Assembly: GCA_016871995.1 (NCBI GenBank)
Contig: VHBL01000003.1
Span: 60,001 to 92,000, forward strand
Source of the DNA: Nitrososphaerota archaeon
GTDB taxonomy: Archaea > Thermoproteota > Nitrososphaeria > Nitrososphaerales > UBA57
Length of the DNA stretch: 32,000 bases
Direction of reading: 5' to 3'
The position numbers and the translations under genes were made by a program. This document shows positions 16,120-23,152 of the stretch, in pieces (position 1 is the stretch's first letter; each line of letters opens with the position of its first letter). The notes below the pieces were generated by a model. It ran no database searches. It saw only the letters and a program-made list of their open reading frames with translations, and was not told the DNA's origin.

Positions 16120-17148
16120 ATGATGCAATTCTGGGTAACAGCGATCGTTGTTCTTTTGGTAATACCGTTCAGTTATGGACAGGCTTCGGAATGGAGTATT
16201 AAGGCTCCTATGCCCACTCCGAGGACTGAAAACGCGGCCGCATCAATAGGAAGCAGGATTTACGTCATTGGAGGGTTTGCTGCTAACGGACAAACCCTAA
16301 GCACCGTGGAAGTTTATGATGCTGAGACTAACACTTGGAGCACCGTTCAGCCTTTACCAGTCGGCCTGCACCATATTGGAATAGCCTCGTTTAATGGCAA
16401 GTTGTATGTTGTTGGAGGATATCTCGAGGGCTGGGTCCCATCGAGCAGGCTTTACATTTACGATCCTGCTATGAACAGCTGGGCTAGGGGAAAGGACATG
16501 CCAACTGCTAGAGGGGCGCTGACAGTTCAATTTGTGGAGGGGATATTGTACGCTGTTGGAGGTCAATCAGACAGAACATTAGGGACTAATGAAGCCTACG
16601 ACCCTGTTGCGGAGACATGGACCGCAAAAGCTTCAATGCCGACACCAAGAGAGCATTTAGCCTCAGGAGTGGCTGAAGGGAAGATGTATGTTATGGGAGG
16701 GAGGCAGGGGAGCTTGGCAAGTAACATGGATGTAAACGAAGAGTATGATCCTAAACTTGATAGATGGAGCAGAAAGGCTCCCATGCCATCTAAAAGAGGA
16801 GGAATAGTTGCTGCATCGGTAATGGGAATGATCTTTGTCTTTGGAGGAGAAGCAGTATCAGGAACATTCCCTAACAATGAACAGTACTTCTCCACAAACA
16901 ATACATGGAGGGTCAGGCAGCAGATGCCAACTTCCAGGCACGGCCTTTCAGCTGCAGTCGTGGGAAACCAGATATTTGTGATTGGAGGGGGAAGGAACCC
17001 TGGCTTGACGGTGAGTTCGCTTAACGAGTCATTTATTCCGACGGAGATAGTTCCAGAATTCCCCCCAGCGATATTACCTATCTTCGTAGCAATGCTTATA
17101 GCTTTGGTATTTGTGATAAGAAGACAGGTAGTTCAGAAAGCCAAATAA
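16120..17148 (+). CDS. exported Kelch-repeat beta-propeller protein with PEFG-CTERM-like anchor
   Basis: It has a signal peptide MMQFWVTAIVVLLVIPFSYGQA. There are six repeats of the MPTPR....(I/L)YV(I/M)GG...YDP..N.W kelch pattern. The tail is VPEFPPAILPIFVAMLIALVFVIRRQ. ATG 16120 is preferred over the upstream TTG 16069. Confidence 0.8.
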   Translation: MMQFWVTAIVVLLVIPFSYGQASEWSIKAPMPTPRTENAAASIGSRIYVIGGFAANGQTLSTVEVYDAETNTWSTVQPLPVGLHHIGIASFNGKLYVVGGYLEGWVPSSRLYIYDPAMNSWARGKDMPTARGALTVQFVEGILYAVGGQSDRTLGTNEAYDPVAETWTAKASMPTPREHLASGVAEGKMYVMGGRQGSLASNMDVNEEYDPKLDRWSRKAPMPSKRGGIVAASVMGMIFVFGGEAVSGTFPNNEQYFSTNNTWRVRQQMPTSRHGLSAAVVGNQIFVIGGGRNPGLTVSSLNESFIPTEIVPEFPPAILPIFVAMLIALVFVIRRQVVQKAK

Positions 17149-17166
17149 TGCAGATGTTTTTGATTA

Positions 17167-17634
17167 ATGGAAATGTCGCAGGAACTACAAGTTGGAGACA
17201 GAGCACCTGATTTCACGCTTGAAAGTGATGTGGGGCAGAAAGTTTCTCTGAAGGATTTAAGAGGCAAACAGGTCATACTGTATTTCTATCCAAAAGACAA
17301 CACGCCAGGCTGCACAAAAGAGGCATGCAATTTTAGAGATTCTCTACAGAGCATAATCAACAAGGACACTGTAGTTTTTGGGGTGAGCAACGATAGTATT
17401 AATTCTCATAAGACTTTCAAGCAAAAATATTATCTTAACTTTCCACTTCTCAGCGACCCTGACAAGGAGGTCTCAAAAGCTTACGGAGTCTACAAACTGA
17501 AGAATTTGTATGGTATAAAGCACTGGGGCATAGAACGTTCAACTTTCCTTATCAACAAGGAAGGGAAGATCGCAAAGATATGGAGAAAGGTCAAGGTTGA
17601 CGGTCATAGGGATGAAGTTATTCAGGCTCTGTGA
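17167..17634 (+). CDS. bcp: thiol peroxidase / peroxiredoxin, Bcp (PrxQ) type
   Basis: 155 aa. It has GDRAPDFTL and the active-site box FYPKDNTPGCTKEAC with the CxxxxC arrangement. Confidence 0.9.
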   Translation: MEMSQELQVGDRAPDFTLESDVGQKVSLKDLRGKQVILYFYPKDNTPGCTKEACNFRDSLQSIINKDTVVFGVSNDSINSHKTFKQKYYLNFPLLSDPDKEVSKAYGVYKLKNLYGIKHWGIERSTFLINKEGKIAKIWRKVKVDGHRDEVIQAL

Positions 17635-17672
17635 CTGCAAGGTTTTTCTTTAACGAATTCTAATTAAACGGT

Positions 17673-18059
17673 ATGAAGATAGTTCCAGTGCTTGGGGCAT
17701 CGGTTCTTTTGGGGCTGATAGTACAGATTATTATCGGCTTTATCGGAGGAATATATTCATCGCTACACACCTTTCTAGGTTTTGCAGGGATAGCATTTGC
17801 CGTTCTGTTTGTCGTAATCGCACTCAGGAGTAAAAAGGCAACGAAGACATCAAGAATCACAATGCTAGTCTTCCTAGCTCTTGTGCTTTCTCAAACATAT
17901 CTAGGCTTTACCGTGCTTACAACAAATACATTAAGAACCTCGCATTTGTATACCGCGTTTACGATCTTGATTGTAGCTATCGCAGCTGCAGGAATAACTG
18001 CGAGAAGAAGGCAACCCGCTACTCAAAACATGCGTACTGAAAGTTCGAACAATAATTAA
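17673..18059 (+). CDS. 4-TM membrane protein, function unknown
   Basis: 128 aa with four hydrophobic helices. Histidines lie within or near helix 2 (SSLHTFLG) and helix 4 (TSHLYTAF). No family is recognised. Confidence 0.5.
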   Translation: MKIVPVLGASVLLGLIVQIIIGFIGGIYSSLHTFLGFAGIAFAVLFVVIALRSKKATKTSRITMLVFLALVLSQTYLGFTVLTTNTLRTSHLYTAFTILIVAIAAAGITARRRQPATQNMRTESSNNN

Positions 18060-18098
18060 TGGAAGGAATATAAGCCAAAGCTGAGGCACTTAAGAGAA

Positions 18099-18386
18099 AT
18101 GTCTAGCCCATACGAAGACGACGCAATAAGGCTAATCGCTTTAAGGAAGGAGCAGTTAAAAGAGCTAGAAGAGAAACTTCAGAAGGATCCTGGCTGGTTC
18201 TCTAAAAAGACGCTTACGAAGAAGATTAAGCAATACAAAAAGGACATAGAGTACCTCCAAACAGAAATCGAAAGGTACAGAAGGGCTGTGAGCTGGCTAA
18301 GAAAGACGGGAGAGTTTTCTGAAAGGGTGATGAAGGAGCATGTGCCCAAACCTGCTGAACAGGGCGAAGCTACAGCAGGGCATTAG
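18099..18386 (+). CDS. small charged coiled-coil protein, function unknown
   Basis: 95 aa and K/E-rich with heptad-like sequence (LKELEEKLQK...IEYLQTEIERYRR). The call rests on ORF and codon appearance only. Confidence 0.45.
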   Translation: MSSPYEDDAIRLIALRKEQLKELEEKLQKDPGWFSKKTLTKKIKQYKKDIEYLQTEIERYRRAVSWLRKTGEFSERVMKEHVPKPAEQGEATAGH

Positions 18387-18643
18387 TTATTTTCTTTAAG
18401 AATCTTTTCGGTTTCCTTCTCTATCCACTTCTGGCCCGTTCCATATGCGGCCATATAGTTCGCAGCAACACCAATCCCCCAGAATACTATCGGAAAAATT
18501 GGCCATGGGAATCCTGCACCAGTAAGATACCAAAGGGCTACAAGTCCGGAATTGACAAGAACGTAAACTGCAAAATGGATTCAGAAACCATAGCGAGCCT
18601 CTGCAATCTTTCTTGCTCTTCTAACCCTCTCCTCCTCGCTCAC
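18383..18643 (-). pseudogene. 2TM-domain membrane protein interrupted by an in-frame TGA
   Basis: My translation from GTG 18643 is VSEEERVRRARKIAEARYGF*IHFAVYVLVNSGLVALWYLTGAGFPWPIFPIVFWGIGVAANYMAAYGTGQKWIEKETEKILKENN*. The stop is at 18581-18583. The whole sequence matches the 2TM-domain pattern (A.K...E..gF..H...Y..VN ... W.....GWGIG). Neither half is in the ORF track because each is under 60 aa. Confidence 0.6.
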
Positions 18644-18694
18644 GGCATATAATTGGAAAATTTAATTTAAATCCCTTTTTCTTCGGTTAAGGCA

Positions 18695-18706
18695 TTTAGA
18701 TATATA
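18695..18706 (+). promoter_or_regulatory. candidate TATA box for the 18739 gene
   Basis: TTTAGATATATA is centred about 37 nt upstream of ATG 18739. Confidence 0.3.
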
Positions 18707-18738
18707 CCCGACATATTTCATCTACAGCCAACATCGGC

Positions 18739-19356
18739 ATGTCCAAGGAAGAACAAAGGCGGCAGAAGAAGAAGGAAAGAATTGAGCGCAGGAGACAGGA
18801 GATCGAAGCCAGAGCACGCTCAAAGGGCAGAAGGAAGGTGCTAACGATATTCGTAATTGCAGCTATCCTTGCAGGTTTCGGCTACGCCGTCTATGTAGCA
18901 GTCACCAACAGCCCAAGCATAGGCCCTCTAAACTCTGCTCATTATCATGCTGACTGGGCGTTGTACATCAACGGGGCGCCCGTAACAATCAACCAAACAA
19001 AATGGCAGCTAAAAAGCGAATATGTGCATATGGAAGGTGGAATTTCAACTATACATATGCATGCAGTCAATGTCCCACTAGAATACTTCTTTAACAGTCT
19101 AGGGATGAGACTAACAGAAACATCTTTAACATTCGATGGAACTACATATAACAACGAAGGAGACAAGAAAGTCAGAACGTTCGTCAATGGTAAGGAGGTC
19201 TCTGATTTGACAAAATATGTTCCAAAGAGCATGGACAAGATTTTGATCGTGTACGGGAATGAAACTGATGCCAAAATACAAGAGTACATTAAGACGGTGC
19301 CAGATCTGGCAAAGTCTTTCGACCAGCCTCCACAAGCTCCAGCAGCAGGTAGATAA
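18739..19356 (+). CDS. single-pass membrane protein with a basic cytoplasmic tail and a His-rich ectodomain, function unknown
   Basis: 205 aa. It has an N-terminal K/R/E-rich 35 aa, a TM helix VLTIFVIAAILAGFGYAVYVAV, then AHYHADW and YVHMEGGISTIHMHAV. Confidence 0.6.
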   Translation: MSKEEQRRQKKKERIERRRQEIEARARSKGRRKVLTIFVIAAILAGFGYAVYVAVTNSPSIGPLNSAHYHADWALYINGAPVTINQTKWQLKSEYVHMEGGISTIHMHAVNVPLEYFFNSLGMRLTETSLTFDGTTYNNEGDKKVRTFVNGKEVSDLTKYVPKSMDKILIVYGNETDAKIQEYIKTVPDLAKSFDQPPQAPAAGR

Positions 19357-19380
19357 ACCAACTAATTCAATCTGCGAAAA

Positions 19381-19683
19381 TTAGTATAGATATGCGCGGA
19401 GAGGTTTTTCAGCCTCTGACATAACTTTATTCAGAGCTTCTTCAATATCGCTGGTGTAGAACCAAGTTTCTTCTCCTCCCGGGACATGCGCTTTCAGCGA
19501 TCTATCATAGACTTTCTCTGTCGCGTTGACAGTAAATTTATCACCTTTTTTTGTGACAAAAGTGAAACATTTCGAGCCTTCTCTCACGCTGCTGACCCTT
19601 ATGCCTTCATCTGAATCAAGGCTCTGCATAATTTTTCGAAGCTCACTAGCACTTCTGATAAGCTTCTCCCTGTAAGGTTTCAA
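19381..19683 (-). CDS. hypothetical 100-aa protein
   Basis: ORF with a TTG start. No motif is recognised. Confidence 0.4.
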   Translation of the reverse strand: MKPYREKLIRSASELRKIMQSLDSDEGIRVSSVREGSKCFTFVTKKGDKFTVNATEKVYDRSLKAHVPGGEETWFYTSDIEEALNKVMSEAEKPLRAYLY

Positions 19684-19850
19684 ACCCTATAGCCGGCTTT
19701 ACAGCTCCTAGAAAAGCTATTTACTTGCCTAACTAGTTTGACAGTTAAATTGCTCTCTGGACAGCGTTTTGTTTCGGGTTTTGACTTCCAAAGTAACGAA
19801 AAGGCTTTTACCCAGTAGAAACAGATTTTTTATCAGTTTTTGGGTGAGCA

Positions 19851-21095
19851 GTGTTGAAGCTATCTGGAATTATCGGGTATTCGCTGAAAGCGATTCAAGA
19901 GAGAAAGCTAAGGTCGACCCTGACAATCTTAATGGTTGTAATAGGAGCGGCTCTGATTACAGCGCTGAATGGTCTGGGAGGAGGTTTTAACTTCTTTATC
20001 AATGAACAATTCAGGTCTTTGGCGCCTGATGTGCTGACGATTACTCCTTCCCAGACTCTCCCCCAAGCAGGCCCTCCTATGCCGCAGGTAAGCCCGAAGG
20101 TGCCTCTGAACATCTTTACCGTAAATGCAATCCGCCCCATCTTGGGGGTAAAGGAGGTGATTCCGAGTTACCGGTCCTCCATAACTCTGATTTCTGGCGG
20201 CAAATCTATTTCTACTGCAGTAGTAGGAATAGATTCATCAAAACTTCCTTTTGTGATACCAAGTATGGAATTTGAGGATGGTGGTATTGCAATCGATAGG
20301 GATCCTACAGCGATGATCGTGGGATACAATATCGCACATCCTGCAGGCGAGTCTCAGCAGTTTGCGCAAGTTGGCAGTGTGGTTCGAGCGGAGGCTTCGA
20401 TCGTGGAACAGATCGGGAATACCCAGAAACTTGTGATCGAAAGGAGAAGTTTCGTTGTCAGAGGTGTAATCAAGGAGACGGGTAATCTGCTCTACGACAA
20501 TTCGGTTTCGATACCTCTTCAGTCAGCAAATTCCCTCTTGAAGAAATCAGGTGAATTTGACCAGATTTTTGTCGTGACAGAAAATGCAGACATGAATGCT
20601 TCTGTTGAGAGGGGAATAAGAGCCATTTACGGTAACAATATCGGAGTGACGACTCCTAGAGCAATTCAAGAAACACTCCGAAGCTTTATCACAGGCTTCA
20701 GTGTATTTTTGTTCAGCATCGGAGTAGTATCGATGCTTGTCGGATCTGTTGGCATAGTCACCACTCTGTTCACATCCGTGACAGAGAGAACCAGGGAGCT
20801 GGGCATTCTAAAAGCGATGGGTGCCACCGGCTGGGTCATCGTTCTCCTTATCTTGGCAGAATCCATGATTATAGGCGTGCTGGGAGGCACACTGGGAATT
20901 TTGTCTGGAATCTTCATGGGAGAACTCCTTACTCAAACTGCACAGTTTGGCGCGCAGAATCTTCGGCCCATCTTCACTTTCCAAGATTTAATATCTACAT
21001 GGTTACTTGCCGTAGTCCTCAGCGTAATCGCTGGGACATACCCTGCATGGCGGGCATCCAGATTGACGGCAGTAGCGGCATTAAGGAAAGAGTAA
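19851..21095 (+). CDS. ABC-transporter permease of the FtsX/MacB/LolE type
   Basis: 414 aa with a GTG start. Its topology is one N-terminal TM, a ~240-aa periplasmic-type domain, then three C-terminal TMs. It carries the ERTRELGILKAMGA box typical of FtsX-family permeases. Confidence 0.8.
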   Translation: MLKLSGIIGYSLKAIQERKLRSTLTILMVVIGAALITALNGLGGGFNFFINEQFRSLAPDVLTITPSQTLPQAGPPMPQVSPKVPLNIFTVNAIRPILGVKEVIPSYRSSITLISGGKSISTAVVGIDSSKLPFVIPSMEFEDGGIAIDRDPTAMIVGYNIAHPAGESQQFAQVGSVVRAEASIVEQIGNTQKLVIERRSFVVRGVIKETGNLLYDNSVSIPLQSANSLLKKSGEFDQIFVVTENADMNASVERGIRAIYGNNIGVTTPRAIQETLRSFITGFSVFLFSIGVVSMLVGSVGIVTTLFTSVTERTRELGILKAMGATGWVIVLLILAESMIIGVLGGTLGILSGIFMGELLTQTAQFGAQNLRPIFTFQDLISTWLLAVVLSVIAGTYPAWRASRLTAVAALRKE

Positions 21096-21180
21096 GTCTT
21101 ACTTCCACTGAAAGAGCAAAAAGCCGACAAGTAAAGTTATTACCAAGACAGAAAGGTCGAAGCCTGCAGTTCTGTTGAAA

Positions 21181-22380
21181 ATGAACCTCCGCCTCTATGA
21201 CACACTTTCAGGCAGGAAGAAGAATTTTGAACCTGTTCAAGGCAAAGTCAAAATGTTTGTCTGCGGTCCGACAGTCTACGACCATGCACATATTGGTCAT
21301 GCCAGAACGTTTGTTTTCTATGATGTCTTGGCAAGATACCTCCAGAGTCTTGGATTCACAGTAACCTTCATAATGAATCTAACAGACATTGATGAAAAGA
21401 TATTCAACCGAGCCAAAAAAGAAAGCAAATCGCACAAAGAAATTTCGAGATATTATGCAGAAGAATTCAGGCAGGCTCTAAAGTCATTGAACATTAGGAC
21501 AATCAGCAGGCTGGAAAGTGCAAGCGACTATCTTGAAAGCGCGATCCTGCAGATCAAAGGAATGCTCGCAAATAAGAACGCTTATGCTGTTAATGGTAAT
21601 GTGTATTTTGATACCTCCAGATTCTCCGACTATGGCAGGTTTTCGCACCAATCCCCGCTGGAGTTGAAGCTGAGAAGGATAGAACCATCTCCTGAAAAGA
21701 GGAACCAGGCAGACTTCCTGCTCTGGAAGAAGTTCGATGAGTATCCTTATTGGGAGAGCCCATTCGGCAGGGGAAGACCCGGATGGCATATAGAGGACAC
21801 GGCGATAGCCATCAGCAACCTTGGGCAGCAATACGATATTCATGGGGGAGGCATCGAACTTGTCTTCCCTCACCACGAAGCTGAGATAGCGCAGGCGGAA
21901 ATGCTGACTGGGAAGAAGCCTTACGTCAAATACTGGGTTCATACTGGCCTGCTGAATGTTCAAGGAAGAAAGATGTCGAAATCTCTGGGCAATTATATTC
22001 TGGTGAAGGACATTCTGGAAAGATACAGTGCAAACGTGATCAGGTTATTCTGCCTATCTACTCATTACAGAAAGGATATGGACTTCAACGAACGGACTCT
22101 AAAGAAAACTGCCAAGGAGGCAGAAATCATACTTGGGGCTTTGGCAGTTTTGCAAATAAAAAGTGGCGGTTCCAAGAATTTTGTAAGCACTATTAATGCG
22201 ATAGAGAAGAGGTTTTACAATAGTATGAATAATGACGTAAATACGGAAAAAGCTATCCAATCGCTCCTGTCTTTTGCAAAAATGATAAACAAAAACTCTG
22301 CTTTATTTAGTTTGCAAAGTCGTTTAGCAGCAAAGAGTCTTCTGGACAAGATGCTGGAAATACTTGGAATTTCGACATGA
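21181..22380 (+). CDS. cysS: cysteinyl-tRNA synthetase family enzyme, short form (CysRS or MshC-like cysteine ligase)
   Basis: It has VCGPTVYD (first Zn Cys), HIGH (HAHIGHAR), GRPGWHIEDTA, FPHHEAEIAQ, KMSKS and the DALR-2-like NNDVNTEKA. It is only 399-401 aa long. ATG 21181 is preferred over TTG 21175. Confidence 0.85.
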   Translation: MNLRLYDTLSGRKKNFEPVQGKVKMFVCGPTVYDHAHIGHARTFVFYDVLARYLQSLGFTVTFIMNLTDIDEKIFNRAKKESKSHKEISRYYAEEFRQALKSLNIRTISRLESASDYLESAILQIKGMLANKNAYAVNGNVYFDTSRFSDYGRFSHQSPLELKLRRIEPSPEKRNQADFLLWKKFDEYPYWESPFGRGRPGWHIEDTAIAISNLGQQYDIHGGGIELVFPHHEAEIAQAEMLTGKKPYVKYWVHTGLLNVQGRKMSKSLGNYILVKDILERYSANVIRLFCLSTHYRKDMDFNERTLKKTAKEAEIILGALAVLQIKSGGSKNFVSTINAIEKRFYNSMNNDVNTEKAIQSLLSFAKMINKNSALFSLQSRLAAKSLLDKMLEILGIST

Positions 22381-23129
22381 AAGTTTCAGACGAAGAGATT
22401 GACGATCTGGAGAAGAATGAAGAGGGCTTCTTCACCCTATGGAGTAAGGTTACATATCTTGATTCAGCACTCCTCTTTCTAAATAGCAAGTTCCCAGACG
22501 ATTTATTGTTCAATAGAGTTTCTACAAATTATCTGCAACATGATTACGAAGGGTTGGCGGATAAGGCTCTGGAGCATTTTCGGAAGAAGAAGATCAGACC
22601 GACATTCTTCATAGCAGAGCATCAGAGGAAACTCAAGGGAGAGCTCCTCAAAAAGAGTTTCAGGTGTATAAACAGTTTTAACATAATGAGGTTGAAAAGA
22701 TTCGTACCGTTTCCAAGCAAAGATGCAGAAGTTTCAATAGTGGATTCAGAAAGCATCGCAGCCTGGATAAACACTTACATGAAATCCTTTGACATTGATG
22801 CAAAGTTCAGACCAGAGGTCAGCAGAAGGGCAATAAAGTGCCTGAAAAGCAACAATTGCACCCTGTACATCGCAAGGATTTATGGAGAACCTGCAGGTAC
22901 ATCTTTAACATATATTGGAGAAGATGTTGCTGGATTCTATTGCATCGGCACAGTTCCAAAGTTCAGGGGAATCGGAGTAGCTTCTCTAATACTGGGACTA
23001 GCAATTAAAGATGCAGAGAAGCAGAGCCATTTGCAGTGTCTGCAGAATCTTGAGAGCGATGATGTAAGAAGATTTTACGAGGAGCGAGGGTTTGAAACAG
23101 TATTCGCGAAGAAGGTCTACCAACAATGA
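22377..23129 (+). CDS. GNAT-family N-acetyltransferase (degenerate N-terminal half + active C-terminal half)
   Basis: 250 aa. The acetyl-CoA motif A is VPKFRGIGVASLILGLAI (R-G-x-G-x-A), followed by FYEERGFE. An ATGA overlap joins it to the preceding gene. Confidence 0.8.
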   Translation: MKVSDEEIDDLEKNEEGFFTLWSKVTYLDSALLFLNSKFPDDLLFNRVSTNYLQHDYEGLADKALEHFRKKKIRPTFFIAEHQRKLKGELLKKSFRCINSFNIMRLKRFVPFPSKDAEVSIVDSESIAAWINTYMKSFDIDAKFRPEVSRRAIKCLKSNNCTLYIARIYGEPAGTSLTYIGEDVAGFYCIGTVPKFRGIGVASLILGLAIKDAEKQSHLQCLQNLESDDVRRFYEERGFETVFAKKVYQQ

Positions 23130-23152
23130 TTAGCAAATAAACCACTTTACCC

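Noticed and set aside
18581-18583. TGA in the 2TM gene as selenocysteine
   Set aside because: The position aligns with an aromatic or basic residue rather than Cys in the family. No SECIS-like hairpin is evident in the short 3' region. Sec usage among archaea is known essentially from methanogens and a few other lineages, not from this kind of genome.
19769-19990. 73-aa plus ORF overlapping the start of the FtsX-type permease
   Set aside because: It is in a different frame from the permease, whose N-terminal LKAIQERKLRSTLTILMVVIGAA matches the conserved FtsX-family N-terminus. The ORF itself has no motif.
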